Counted from the first letter of the stretch, positions 32,086 through 47,400 are shown. The stretch: DNA of 64,000 nucleotides from Blepharisma stoltei ATCC 30299 (GCA_965603825.1 CBFDEM010000013.1:806001-870000), one strand, 5' to 3'. Numbers and translations are program-made. Notes: generated by a model not told the origin, from the sequence alone.

Positions 32086-33471
32086 ATGGATCTACCTCAA
32101 AAACGAAGTCGCTTTTCTGAAGATAAGCTAAAAGTTGTTCAAGACATATATAAACGTAACCAATCTAATCCAATGGCTCCTGGTGGCATGAAAATGCCAC
32201 CTCCAGCTCAAAATTTTTATATGTATCAAATGCCTCCTCAATGGCCATATCCTTATGCAGCTCCTCCTATGGTCCCTGCTCCTCCTCTCCCTCAGCCTCC
32301 AGCTCAAAAGCCAACAGCGTCTAAACTTTGTACTGACAGTCTCAAAAACTTCATAACTAAGGCTTTTAGTAAGTGCCAGAGTGATGAGGAGCGAGACTAT
32401 ATGGAGAAGCAAATTAAGGAAATTATTCAAACAGCGAAAAATAATAATAAATTTCACCTTCAGGACTGAAACAACACAGAATTGCCACTTCTTCCGAGAG
32501 AAATTATTGTAATGCAGATGAATAGTCTTCCGGTTCAAATCCAACAGCCTCAAGTAAGCAGAAGAAAAACAAGGTTCCAGCCAGTAGAAATACATGATGA
32601 CCCGAAGCCTAAAAAGAGAGAAAAAATCGAAAAGATTGAAAAAATAGAAAAATCTAAGTCAGATAATTTAGAAAGTGATTGAAAAATTGCAGGTACTTGC
32701 ACAGATTTAGAAAAACAATATTTCCGACTCACCTCCAAGCCAGACCCATCTACAGTGCGCCCAGAGCCCATCCTTCGAAAAGCATTAGCCTGGTTTAAAG
32801 ACAGATGGAGACGTAAAGAAATAAAATACGAATATTTCTCCGACCAGCTCCGCTCAATACGTCAAGATCTCACTGTTCAAGGTATTAAAGATAAGTTTAC
32901 GGTAGAAGTCTATCAGGTCCATACAAGACTAGCTTTAGAAGCTGGAGATCTTGACCAATGCATCTCATGCATGAGCAGGCTTTTTGAACTTTATGATGAA
33001 GGATTATCAGGAAAACAAGCAGTAAATAATAAGCAGGAGTTTACCGCTTACAGGATTATTTATTTTTCACTGCAGCAGCTTTATATACAGCTTGAAAAAT
33101 GCTTAAAAAAATTGTCAGTCGCTGATAAAGAAACAGAAGAAATTAAGCATGCGCTGGCACTGAAAAGTTCACTTATACATGGAAATTATCATCAGGTATT
33201 TAGACTTAGAAAAATTGCCCCAAATATGGGAGCTTATATGATAGATATGTTTTTACAAAAGTTACGAAAATTTTCTCTATTAAAAATTTTTAAATCGTAA
33301 GAGCTATTTAGGTATATGCCAAATGTGCCTTTGGATTTTGTCAGCCAAGAATTAGGTTTTTTAAACAGTTTAGAGGCAGAAACATTTATTAAAGAATGCG
33401 GAGGAGTTATTAATGCAGGTATTATTGAAACTAAAGAATCACTAGCAGCACTTAATTCGAATTTAGGATAA
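32086..33471 (+). CDS. SAC3/GANP/THP3 (LENG8-like) PCI-domain protein, ~451 aa
   Basis: GTCTDLEKQYFRLTSKPDPSTVRPEPIL, DQLRSIRQDLTVQGI, EFTAYRI and GNYHQVFRL. 2 TGA=Trp; introns 33022-33036 and 33297-33311. Confidence 0.9.
33022..33036 (+). other. 15-nt in-frame intron without a stop
   Basis: GTAAATAATAAGCAG has TA at -7/-6. Removal deletes VNNKQ just before the conserved EFTAYR. Confidence 0.75.
33297..33311 (+). other. 15-nt spliceosomal intron
   Basis: GTAAGAGCTATTTAG; removal gives KSYMPNVPLDFVSQELGF. Confidence 0.9.
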
Positions 33472-33505
33472 GGATGTATTAATTTAATTTTATCTGAATA
33501 AAACA

Positions 33506-34309
33506 TTATCCATACATTACTTTAGTTTTTAATTCACGAATTCTTCCTTTTTTTTGTTGCAGCTTATTCTGAAGGTAATTTAGGTTTCTTATAAGCAGCT
33601 TTTCCCTTTCCTTAAACTCTTCTAATTGCAGCTCTAGAGGATCGACTGTATTATACCACAGTCTGCAAGGGATTTCAAATAAACAAAAATCATAGCCTGT
33701 ATTTCTGATGACTTCTCCGAATCCTGTATACTCACTTTTATGACATATTAAAAATATAGATTTTCGCTCATAAGCGTAACGATTTGAAATTATTATTCGC
33801 CGCTCAGCTTCTCTTTCGTAAGTTTTTGTTAATAAGGATTTAAAGGCTCGAAACATCTTTTTTGTGTAGTCATCGGTATTGTCTTCACTTAGTTTGCAGA
33901 CTAAAAACTCTCTATGGGAGTTGTTCCGCTCTATCTCATCAATTCCAGGAAATTCGTGCCGATCTAAATAAATAGGTTGATCAAAGTATAGCTCATTCAA
34001 TCGTAATTCCTTTTCAGGGTTGACAGCCTGCAAAGGATAATTTTTACCTTTTAAGTGAATAATGATTTTTCGAGTTCGCCTTTCCTCTATTGCTCTTATT
34101 TTCTGCGGTAACTCTGGAGGTCCAATTCTAATCGCGGGTCTATGTGAGTTGTTTTTCCTTTCAGCTTCATGATTATGGATAGCATTAGCATTATCTAACA
34201 AAAAGTCAGCAACTTTATCTCAATTCTGGTACCTGTCGTATGCTTCATCAATCAGATCATCGGCAAAACCCATGCTTCTTAAAAATTCCCGGACGTCTTC
34301 TTGGCTCAT
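33506..34309 (-). CDS. Protein with an N-terminal UBA-like domain, 267 aa
   Basis: ATG 34309: MSQEDVREFLRSMGFADDLIDEAYDRYQN-W-DKVADFLL (MGF loop). Short coiled coil at the C-terminus. Confidence 0.7.
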
Positions 34310-34843
34310 TTATTATAAAAATTTTCTTATAATAAAAATTTTTAACTCAGGCAGATTTTAATAGCTTTTCTTATTATTAATCGATATTTTGAAGTATAAG
34401 AAAGGTCTCAGTTTTTTCTTTGTATAATTAAAAATTTATATTTCAAAATAATCTAATGGTATTTTATAGGCATTGATGCAATTTTTATTTATTAATAAAC
34501 TAAAAATAATTTCATATATTAAAATTAATTTATTAAATTTGAGTAAACAAAATCCTAAAAGATTCCGGATTCATAATTAATAACTTAAATGTAATAAATC
34601 ACTATTAATTACTTATACTTATATCTGAGAATCAATCAAAATTATACCTTCTATTAACTTTACCTATAACCTTAATATATACAACTATTGACATTCCAGC
34701 ACATTTAATTATCAAATTAGTTTGGTCCAGTATAAAAATCTATTTAAAATGTATTAATATTATATGGGTGGACACTTTAAATAAATTTTGATGTATCTGG
34801 GAAAATTAATCATATTTTCAATATTTAAATTTAGCTTTACCAC

Positions 34844-37800
34844 TTATCCATATAGCGAGTTGGTTTTTATCACTTTTGATCCTTCTGGAGCAATAGTCTC
34901 ACTCTGCGAGTCCACCCACCTGCTTGTTTTTTCTCCATAACCATCATATCTCAAATAAATTAGCTCTCCCATTGACTGCACAATAGTCGCTTTTGTCCAT
35001 TTTTGTCCTGCAATATCAATGGCGTCTAATTTTTTCCCTTCCTGCAAGCATTCTTCATCTATTTCCCCATCACTATCCCATTCAGCTGACCTATCAGGTA
35101 TGCTTCCTTTCATTACTTTTTTGAAAAATTCTACTTTATCAGCAAGATTTTTAGGCGTGTAATTAGAAGTGCTCCAATTCTGTGTCCTTGGCTTATAAAT
35201 ACTAATAGGAGACCTTCCCATTCCACTAGCTGTAGGATACTGACTATCCTTAAGCCAAACTTCTATCCATTTAATATCTTTATATTTCCTTAACACCCAT
35301 TCTCTGACTGGCTGAATCCTCGTCATAATTTTGAATAAATAATCAATACACGTCTCAGTGGCTCTATAATAGTTTTTATTATCCTTCATAATTTCATTAA
35401 AACTCTTCAAAATATAGTCAACCCTATCCACTTGTATAGAATCCGGCAGCTTTAGCATCCACGTAAGCTGCCTCATATACGGCCTAAATGCATCAAAATC
35501 ATACTCTCTAATAAAAGTCAACAAAATATTTATATACTGACAAGAAGCTGCCAAATTATGTATACAAATAGTCGCGTACAGCTGCCCAACGGCCCTTGAG
35601 CCTATTTTATTTTGCCCTTCTACAGCCAGTTTAACCATAGAATTTTTTTCCATAAGTTTATCAATATCAGTAGGAGGCAAAGAACTGGTCCCAAGCTGCA
35701 AAGTAGCTAATAAATATGCAAAAGAAGAACCTATTGATGAGCCAATTCGGTCACTTCTGGATTCGTCGTCTATTACAGCATATTTATCGTACCCTAAAAA
35801 GATGTCATTATGTATATAACTTTCAGGAAAATCAGGGTAAAGCACTTTTTCGTCTAAAATGTGGGAGAGCAAGCGGCTCATGAGCTGGGTGGAATGGATA
35901 ACGTCACTATTGAATTTTGTGAGTCGGTAAATGACTTCGAAATATTGGGAGAAATTTTTGCTTTGGGGCTTTTTGGCGAGGTATAAGCGGTTTAGGAGAC
36001 GCTTTAAGAAATTTTCTTGGACCAAGGCGGAGACTGATTTTATGGCAGAATGGATGATCCCAGCTATTATTCGGCGCTTTTCGTTTACTGGGCAGTCCAT
36101 TAGTAGCTCTCTGCAGGTTTCTTTGAGAGAGACAAGCTCTAATAGCCATTCACTAACTTCTGGGTCATTTTTCAGTTGCTCTTTAAGCATATTCACAAAA
36201 GAAGGCAAAAATAAAATTTCTTTAGACCTGATCATAATTGTCAAGAAAAATCCAAGTGAAAATTTTAATATATCTGGTCTTCCAATTTTCAATAATTTTA
36301 ATACAAAATCGCAATACTCAGGACTAAAGCTAGATTTGCATCTCCAATATCTCTCGTTTTCGTCTTTTACCTCATGAAACTCTTTTATTTCTCCATCATG
36401 TCTGTCAAGTGAAAGGCTTATCAATGGGTCTTCTGACGAATTTTTTATTGCATATGCATTGCTTCTTTCGTATATCAGTAAATAGGCATTTCTGTATTTT
36501 TCTCGGTTATTTGTGGTTGAAGATGAGCTAAAAGACGATGAGGAATAAGACCATTTTTCTTCACCACCAAAGGCTTCATTAGGGATGTCTTCTGGGTCAA
36601 ACTCCCTGACGACAGTATCATTAAATTCAAACCATCGCCCTGATTTTCGGTCCTTGATAAAAGAATAGTAATGCCCACTTTCAGCGGTTCCCATATGTAT
36701 TACGATGCCTTTTAACGTGAATTTGTAATATTCGTCTGGGTATTTTCTATTAGGAATTTCTTTGGTGAATTCTTTATTTTCGTTTTTGGCTTGCTCTTTT
36801 TCTTTAATTATTTCTTTTCGTTCTAGACCTTCTTGTGTATAAGGCTCCATATCAAGTTCTAATGGAAATTCACAGTAATCATTAACTTTAATTCTTGACA
36901 TTGTATCAAAATCAAATTCAAACCTCCTCATGCTGATAATCAGAATATTTGGTAAATGCTTTATACAAACTCTTCTTAGGGCTGTCACTTTGGCTTCACA
37001 ATGGTCGCATTGGTATGCGTTGTCTCCTTCTAAGACTTCTCCTTCAGTGAAGCTTTCTAAGCTTTCATATAAATTTTTCTTGGTCCTTACCTGGACTGGC
37101 AACGTTAAAAATGGCTCATCTCGTTCACTTTTGTGGGTGCAGGTCACTTTTCCAATCATTTCTGTAGTGTTTAACCCTCCAAAATGATTTTTCACTATAT
37201 GCTCATAGGTGTCGCCTTTCAGCTGATTTTCAAGCCTGTCCATGAAATTATTGAAAAATTCGTCAGCGTCCATTTGCTCATGAAGATTTACCGGTTTTCC
37301 TTCCCAGTCTTTAAAAGCCCCACAAAAAGCTTTAGGGTTAATATGTTGCTTATCAGAATACAAAAGTCCAGCAAAAATCGACTGAAGCTGATACAGCAGA
37401 CTGTCCTCAGGAGGGTTCCCACTTTTGTCTTGAGCCCTCAAAATTCCATCTCTAAAGCTAGGAATATTAAATAACTGCTGAATACTAGAATTCATATAAC
37501 AAGTCGACCCTAAGTTCTTAATCCCTACAAAGCCAGTCTCTGATTTTTCATGGGCATTTGGAGAATAATTCCAATCCGCAATTTTCCCAGTCCTCCAATG
37601 TGGATCTTCATGCAGCTTATTTAAATATCTCATAGTCTGTATCAAAGCTTCTTCACTAGAAAAACAAAGCTGAAGAAGTAGCATAAACGCTTCTTTGCGG
37701 GACTCAGGACTTTTGCATTTGGGTGGGATATTTTCAGCTAGATGGTTATTGGTAGGGATTTCAAATAGGCAGGAATGGAGTACCAAGTAAACTAAATCAG

Positions 37801-40800
37801 TGTTTATGTCCCCTTCAAATTTTTTAATACCGACTTTTAAGACCTTTAAAATTCCACATAAAATGTTGTCGATGTCTTTACTAGATTTTTCAGGCATTTT
37901 TTGTGTTAATACACTGATTAATTTTTGGTTGGATTCTCGCAGTTTTTCTGTTAAAGCTGCTTCTCTGACCATGTGGGCTAATAAATTCCAATAGTGTTCG
38001 CTCATTTCTGGGTGCTCAAATGCAGCATCTAACACCCCAAGCATAAGCTCTAATATAAATTCGCTTATTTGTGGATGATGAACTGAAAGCTCAAGCAATA
38101 AATTCATCATTGTAGACGTAAACAGCTTATTCTTACATATTAAAAGAGCATCATGCACAAGCTGTGGCATTTTTTGATGGTTTTTAATGGTCTCGATACA
38201 TAAATTTGCATCTTTTTCTCCTAATAAACATATAAGTTTATTAGCGTTTCTAGCAATTGTGATTTGGTCCTCGTCGTTTTGGGCAGCTGTTGCTACTAGC
38301 AATAAAGAATCAAGGACTTTGCCAATAATTTGAGGAGTAGGTGCATCAGTTGATAAAGAAAAAAATTCTTGCAGGAGGTTTACTACAACTGAGTTAAATT
38401 TCAAAGCAAGGGTCGGGTTTTTCCCAATCGGCACTTCAATTTCCATATAAATAGAAATTAAATAAACAACCCCTCCTACATCAATGAATTTTTCAGCCCA
38501 TTTTTCATCTTTTACTAGTTTTTCTATAATAAGTAAACAATAAAGCAGCTTATAAACAGAATTATGGTCTAATAACTGCGGCAAAGGTAACGTCAGCTCA
38601 TTAAGCTGGTTTATAATTCTTTCATTTATAGGTAAGCTTGTCAATAGAGCCCAAGCTTGGTCGACGTAGTCTTGGTCAGGCTGTGACAAAAGCTGAAAAA
38701 GGGTATCAAGGACTTGCTGATGTTTCGCAAGTAGCTGTATTGGCGTAATTTCGTCCTTTTTCGGCTGCACAAAATCAACGACCACCAGTGTCGCTTTTAA
38801 AGAAGTCAGCGGCAAATCGTCGTCATAAGAGTCATATCTGACGTTTCCTATATTCATAACAATGCTTTGGGAGTGTTTTTTATATAATTCAGCTAATTTT
38901 CTCCTTAAAAATCCAAGGGTCAATCCACTATTAATATAAACTTTTTTATAGTCAGTTTCATTGGCAGCTTTTGCATAATAAAGCATGGTATTTCCGTTGG
39001 TAGGCTCATCTTTGGACGCAGAGTCCTCTAAAAAGGTCATCAAAATCTTTAAAATCCTTTTAATGATTTCTGAGTTGTTTTTATTATCGTCTATATACCG
39101 TAAGCAGCTGTCTACAAAACTGACCCAAATTTCTTCTTTCCTAGCAAAAAGCTGCTTTCCAAGCCTCATATTGAGATTTACTACAAGATAGGTGGTCTGG
39201 GTTATTATTTGAGGGTCCTGGGCTTTGAGAAGAATTTCCATTAATGCAGAAAGGCCTATTAAGTTTACATTAGTCCTCAGCTGAAGTGTAATCCCACGAG
39301 TTTCTATATTTCTTTCATTGGCGTTTACTACTAAAAATAATTTCTGAAAGCATTGGTAAGCTTCTATAGTAATTGTTTCTGGGATAAGCTGCTCAGGGTT
39401 ACAAAAAAAATCCTCAAAAATTTCAGCCAATTTTGACTGGAAAATGTCCCTGCATACTTTTTGGAGCCACTTGAAAAACATTTTTTTGTCTTTCGGTGTC
39501 ACTGGGTTTTTGACTAAAAACAGCCAAAGTTTGGCGAAATCTTCTATTGTGAGGGTAAAGGATTTTGATGATAAAACGTACTCTAAAAACTCGATTCTTT
39601 TTTTGATGTTTTCTTTGTGGGAATATTTCCCAATTAATATTTCTTTTTCAGTGACTTGTCTGGTTTCTGCGATATTTGTGGCTTGGGCAATATAGTTTTC
39701 AAAGCTGCTGATAATTAGCTTGATGAGACCATCGACCTTAGAATCAAGCTTTTTGAGCTGCTCTTCTTTAGAATTAGCAGAGACTTTATAGATCGAGAAA
39801 TTATCAAGAATTGACATTGACAGTTTTAATGACTGTGGAATTGAATGGCCTTCTTCTAGATTTTTTATGCAGAACTCAAGCCCTGACCATAGCTTATCTT
39901 TGCAAGCTGGGATTCTTATGATTTCTGAAATACAGTCAGTCGCTAGGTCATTAAAAGCCAAAGGACTGGTATCCAATAATAAATCATAAAAAATTGGGAC
40001 AGCAAATTCATCTACCTCAATCCTCGCTTTATATGCAAAATCCATTGCCCTTATAGTAAAATCTTTAAGGACCTTCAAATATCTTTCATCATATTCATAG
40101 ACTGGCTTTGTCTTCATTTTATCATATAAAAACAAATGGAAATCTTTTTTAATAAAAGGTGCAATTTCTACAATAGTTTGATAAGTCGCGATCACTAAAG
40201 AATCGTGCTTGTTTTGGGCAGAGCTCCACAAGAGTTCTAAATGCTCTTGTTTTAGTGCGTCAGATTTGCTTAAAAATATTAAAAGATCAGAAACTCTTTT
40301 TATCATCTCAATATGTGAATAATCCAGCACCTGCTCTATTATTTTTTCCCTTATAAGCCACTCTGACATAAGTGATGGTGTCAAATATCTTGTCCCTTTG
40401 GAATACCCCTGGACAAATACTCCTCTCTGCATGACTCTTTCAGCCATATCTTTAATTTCATTCAGCCCCTTAATCCTCTTCTCAAAATAAGGCGATTTCA
40501 AGCACTTTACCGCTATATCTAGCTCAGCCATTTCTATTAAATCCCAATAGTCATTTTTCCTATCAAATTCATTCATAAGCCTTCTAAATTTTATTAAAAT
40601 ATCAGAAATCACTTCTTTGTCCAAATCCTTAATATCTCTAGGGGTCATAGACTCCAGTCTCACCCCTAGCAGCAAATCCTTGAAATTCTGTACCCATTCA
40701 TCTGCAAACCCTTTAGAAAAATATGAAAAAAGCTCATAAACTGGCAAATTCTGTATAAATTCAAACGGCATTTTTTTCTTTTCACTATATAAGTCTTACT

Positions 40801-41584
40801 CTTGCTCATTTAGCAGGCCTAAAATCGTTTGAAATCCTCCAATTTTTGCAAAATAATTCAGCACGTACAGCAGGCACAAATTTCCGCTTCCTTTTGTAGT
40901 GATTTCACTAGTCGGCTCATAGTCTTTTGGCCAGAACGAATAAGTCTTCATATACTTATTAGTCCTTTCATCAAGCCCAAAAATCCTTCCAAGCGTGCAC
41001 AGCAGCTCTGGCCACGCCATAGCCAGTGCTACTGCATCATCAGTCAAAAACAGCCCTGGATTGGCGATTCCTTCATAGTAAAGTGGAAATAAATCTTTTG
41101 CATTTTTCATTCACAAGACAATATAATCAATTACAGTTGTAAAGTAGCTCATTGCTATATAAGGTTCGACTGATTTGTTCTTATAAGTGTGAGTAAGGAG
41201 GCAGTCAACTAGTGTAAACATTCTGCCTCGGAGGAACTGTGTGGTCTCATAAGGATCTCCAGTTCTCAAGCTGCCTTGCATAAGGTCTTTTAGCTGCTTG
41301 TCCATTTCTTCGACTTCTTGCTGGGAGAAATTTCAGTAGCGGATTGCTTGCTTTTTTTGTCCTGTGTAGTTTCTGCTGAATTTTCTGAATGGGGCAATTT
41401 TATTTGAGGAAACTGGAAACGTGACATCCCATTTATCGCTTCAGCCGTCGTAGCGGACTTTGAGAGAACTTTCGTTAGGAGATATTTCGATCACTTTGGT
41501 CACACACCAGATGTTCATGGTATCTCTGGCATCTATGAACCCACCTAGTCTATAAAAACTCTTTTCTAAGGACTGGCCAGCCAT
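34844..41584 (-). CDS. Large ubiquitin-specific protease (USP9X/USP24/FAF-like) with Tudor/MBT-like domains at both termini, ~2241 aa
   Basis: Cys box GIKNLGSTCYMNS, EQMDADEF, His box GIVIHMGTAESGHYYSFIK, WFEFNDT, and CLKSPYFEKRIKGLNEI. The N-terminal part joins through 3 TGA=Trp and intron 40785-40799. Confidence 0.92.
40785..40799 (-). other. 15-nt spliceosomal intron
   Basis: GTAAGACTTATATAG; retention gives an in-frame TAA. Confidence 0.9.
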
Positions 41585-41657
41585 TTACAATTATTAGAAG
41601 TTTAAATCTATGTAGTTCAGCATATAATTTCACTGTTAGGCTGTTACTTAGGCATAT

Positions 41658-42296
41658 TTATGAGATAGGGACTTCAGCAGGTTGGGTTTCCCTATTGCAC
41701 ATCTGGCACTCCCCAGCCTTTTTGCAGTCTTCTTTAATGCAGTCGAAAATATAGCCTTTGCAGCACTCACATCCCATAGATGCAGGGTACCACTGCTGCC
41801 TTCTTTCGATTTCTTTTTGTAAATCTTCATCACTTGAGTGCATATATGGGCAAATTGCTCTAATTAAGCAGTTTCCAGTTTCCTTGAGAAATGGACACAT
41901 CATGCTTTCTTCGTGCGCTTCAGGCCCTGCTTCGAAATTCATCATTTCTTTAATCAAGTAATCGATCTGATCAATATCATCTTCTACCTCATGCTGGATT
42001 TTTGCTTCTTTTTCTTCTTCCACGTCATCTTTGATATCCTGATACCCAAACTCATAAGCTTCTTGAGGGAGCTCGGGCTGTTCTTGAAAAATCGCTGGAC
42101 TTGTTAAATACCTATAGAGGTATTCTTGGTTCATCCACTGGCTTTTTGTCAATGTAACATATATTGAAAATGCTGGAGCTTCATGAGAAAACTGACAATA
42201 AGGATTTTGGCATTGGAAATCTGTGAATACTGTGCTGCAGATAGGCCTGTTGGTAGCGTCAAAAAATCATTCCACGAGTTCAGGATAGTTTTCCAT
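41658..42296 (-). CDS. CCCH zinc-finger protein with a C-terminal Cys-rich domain, 212 aa
   Basis: ATG 42296, 1 TGA=Trp. CSTVFTDFQCQNPYCQFSH, CPFLKETGNCLIRAICPYMH and WYPASMGCECCKGYIFDC. Confidence 0.75.
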
Positions 42297-42324
42297 AATG
42301 ATTATATGCGAATTACTTAATTAA

Positions 42325-43359
<1,035 letters not shown>

Positions 43360-43433
43360 TTATTATTAACCACGATTAAAATGCACACGATATGGGATAA
43401 TATGAGAAATTTTATAAATCTGATAGAGGTTAT

Positions 43434-43461
43434 GGGTAGTGGGAAGGGTTTCTAGGGGATT
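43434..43461 (-). promoter_or_regulatory. Candidate promoter motifs AATCCCCT...CACTACCC upstream of GAPDH
   Basis: The same two 8-mers occur in the same order upstream of 14-3-3 (49004-49011 and 49036-49043). Confidence 0.35.
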
Positions 43462-44468
43462 TGTGCTGAAAATAACACTTCTGCTTATAATTTTTTATAT
43501 TTTTGGGCCTAAGAAAAATTAAGAGGGGTTCCTTTTAAAGAAATTGCATGAAACTCTTGCTCAATGCTAAATTTATAAAGATGCTGTAGAAGATTATTAA
43601 AATCACCAAATGGTCGAAGATTTTTGCGTAATTCGCAGTCTTTAAGTGGTTATTTGCATATTCTGTTTAAAAACAAATTCTGGAAAATGGCTTTTAGGAA
43701 TAAGTATAGACTTGTAAAAAATCTTAAAATAGTTGGCATGACTGGAATCAGATAGATATAAGATTGTTGCTTTTTCCTGAATGCTAATATAGAAGAGTAA
43801 TATTCAGTTTATTCGATATTTACACATTGAAAATAATATTTTTTCATACCTAAATTTTTATAAGCTAGCATGTAATTACTTTTGCGAGAAATATAAGGGC
43901 AATGTCTAGACCATATTACTTACTTGAAAGCGTGTGAATTTTTGTAGTAATAAAATATTAAGGTAAAACCATTTTTTAGTCTAAATCAATAATGCCTTAT
44001 GTTTAAAGGGAGATAGCTAATACAGCGTAATTTTAATAATTCTAGTTAATTAAAGCTTTATAAATTACTATTTCCTTATTTTGATTTTTTTAATTTTCTT
44101 TTTAGATTTTCATAGTTAAATTTTTTTAAATATTTTAGAGTAAATGCTTATAATTGTTGAAAAGCACTGAATGGCACATTAAAAAATTCAAAATTAGCTT
44201 AGTTATCGCAAATAAAAATGTCCACTAATTTTCATCATAAAATTTTATATAATAAAAAATTACCAATTTAAATGATTCAAAAGTTCAGTTCTCACTTAGA
44301 AAATCTTAAAAAAACATTATAAAATATAAGCTATTCTAAGAAAATCAGGATTGCTTTTAAAATTCAAATTTTATCAAAATAGTGATATCAGATCTAATAA
44401 GGCTAAAATAAATTACTGACTCACTTTACCTCATATTGAAATTTCGGAGAATTAGTTAACTAGATAAA

Positions 44469-47400
44469 ATGGAGAAGCCGAAATTCCCATATAATACTTC
44501 ATCAATAGTAGCAGACCTTCTTATGACCTGGTCGTTTCCGATGATTGCGAAGTATCAAAAACTTGAAGTCAACCCTTCAACACTCATGGATATTCCTGCT
44601 AATCTCAGCCTCGACTCCTTATATGAAAAGTTCTCCCGGAAGTGGAAAGATGAATTGTTAAAAAATCCCAAACCCAATTTACTTAGAGTCCTTTATAAGA
44701 TTTTCGGCTGGGAGTACTTTTTTTGCATACTCCCTATGGTATTTAGCTATATTTTTCTTCTTTGCCAATCAGTTCTGGTCATGTTTTCTATACGGTATAT
44801 GAACTCTGATGACGTTGATGATTATCAAGGTGCCCTGTTAATTCTCGGCTTTGCTGGCTTGATGATAATAGGGAGTCTTTGCAACAATCTCTCAGGATTA
44901 AGAATTGTCCTTCTAATTGGGAGATTAAAAAATACACTTTCACGCGCAGTGGCCAATAAAATTCTCGATATAAAACTTACAGAATTTCAAGGAAACAATA
45001 AAGGAAAAGTCATAAATTTGATATCAACTGACATGGAGCTCCTTGAACTTTTTATCACTTCAACTTGGATGTGGGTTTTGCCTATTTATTTAGCAGGTGC
45101 CTTTATTGTCCTTGGAGTCGTAATGGGACCTGCAGGAGTGATAGGCTTGATCGTCTCAACTCTTCATGTGCCACTTATTCTTTGACTAAGTAAGTATGTA
45201 TTGAGAATAAAAATATCTCTGACACAAATAAGTGACATGAGAATTAAAACGATCAGCAATTTAATTGAAGGGATCAGAATTGTGAAACTTTACGGCTGGG
45301 AAGAACCTTTTATTAAATACCTTTGTGAGTATAAGAAACAAGAGTTCAAAAAGTTTATGTCGTCTGGATTTATCAATGGATGCTTAAAAGTCCTTATTTT
45401 TAGTGGGACGGGGATTACAATATTTACGATGCTGGCACTTTATAATGCTTTTGGGCATACGATAAAAACTGAAATTGTGTATTTAGTTTTTTCAATTTTA
45501 TTCCAAACCCAATACTCGGTTGATACAGTTATAACAGGAGCGAGGACTACCCTTCTCCTATTAACCGCTATCAAGCGATGCAACCAATGCTTACTGATCC
45601 CTGAAAAATCCCATATTCCAATAGAAGAGTCTCAAAAAAGGCCTGTAAGAGTTAACCATGCCTATTTTTCATGGCAAGATATAGCACCAGCTAATAGCAA
45701 AACTGACAGTAACTTATTAGAGGATAATGCCAATGAAATTTGCTTAAATGATGTCAATTTCAAGCTGAAAAGTGGAGAATTATTAGTCGTCGTTGGACCT
45801 GTAGGAGCCGGAAAAAGTTCTTTACTAATGGGACTTTTAGGTGAAATAAACATCGTCCAAGGAGACTATCAACTAAATCATACTGTAGCCTATGCCTCAG
45901 ATGAGCCTTGGCTGGTCGCTGGGAGCATCAAAGAAAATATTCTTATGGGCTTAGAATATGATGAAAATGTATATAATGAAACTGTAGCAGCTTGTGCACT
46001 CGCCAAAGATTTTCAGTTATTTGAAGCTGGGGATGAAACTTTAGTTGGAGATCGTGGAATCACTCTAAGTGGAGGCCAAAAAGCAAGAATTTCATTAGCA
46101 AGAGCTGTCTATTCACAGAAAGAAATACTCTTCCTTGACGATCCACTAAGCGCCGTTGATGCTGAAGTCAGTGGAATTCTGTTTAATGAATGCATAAAAA
46201 AGGCATTAAAAGGAAAAACTGTCATTTTAGTCACTCACCAAGTCAATATCCTTTCTCAAGCCGATAAAATTTTAGTTTTAGACGCCGGCTCTCAGATTTT
46301 CTTTGGAAAATATGAAAAATTTTTGCAAAGTCCTGCTGCACTCGCAGTTATTGGAGAAATTGGCTTTGAAAAGCATAAAACTCATACTGGACAAGAGACT
46401 GAAAAAAAGGTTGGAGAAACTGAAAAAGTTTTCGCTAAGCAAAAAATTGATGAGGAAGAAATTGTAAAAACAGTCAAAGCCTCCACAATTTATTGGCGAT
46501 ATTTCAAATATGGATTTAAATGGACCATTGTCCTAATCTTTATAATCCTTGTGCTTCTCTTTTCCCAAGCTTCTTATCTCAGTATAGTTTATTGGCCATC
46601 ATACTGGTCTCGCCAAAGTTCAGATGAGCAAGACGAGTCTTATTATTTGTGGATGTTCGGTATATTAGTCGGAGTTCTGTATATTGCAGGCATTTTTAGG
46701 ATTTTTTCAGTCATAATGCTATGCAATTATGCCAACAGGGATCTTCATAACGCGGCTGTAAGAGGAATCACTGAGACACCAACTGTTTTTTTCGATAAAA
46801 ACCCAACTGGTCGTATAATCAATAGGTTTACGAAAGATGTGGGGATTATTGACGAGCCTATGACACATATGATTTTGCTTGGAAGCGATAGGTCATTGTT
46901 TATCCTTGGCTCAGTTGTTATGATGTGTGTCGTAAATCCTTATTTGATAGCATTTTTCCCTATATGGATAATAGTGGCAATTTGTGTATTTAAGTACACA
47001 CTGTCTATAACTAAAGGATTTAGAAGCCTTGAATTGGTATCTAGGAGTCCTATAATAACTTGTATAAACGCAATGATAAACGGCTTATCCACTATCAGAA
47101 GTATGGATATGCAGGAAAACTTTAAAAAACTTATAAATGGACTGATAGTAGAAAATTATAAATCGTATATTGGCTATCATATGTTCCTCAGATTTTCGCA
47201 GCTATATGTTGATTTAGGCTGCGTTCTATTGACTATTGCTAATGTCTCTCTTATTATCGGTACAAAAGGGAGCCTAAATCCTAGTTTGGCAGGAGTCAGT
47301 CTATCCTTGACCTGTGGACTTTTAGGAAACTCTTCAGTTTGGACTAAAACTATGGTCGAAATCAGCAACTTAATGGCCTCAGCCCAGCGGCTTCTTGAGT

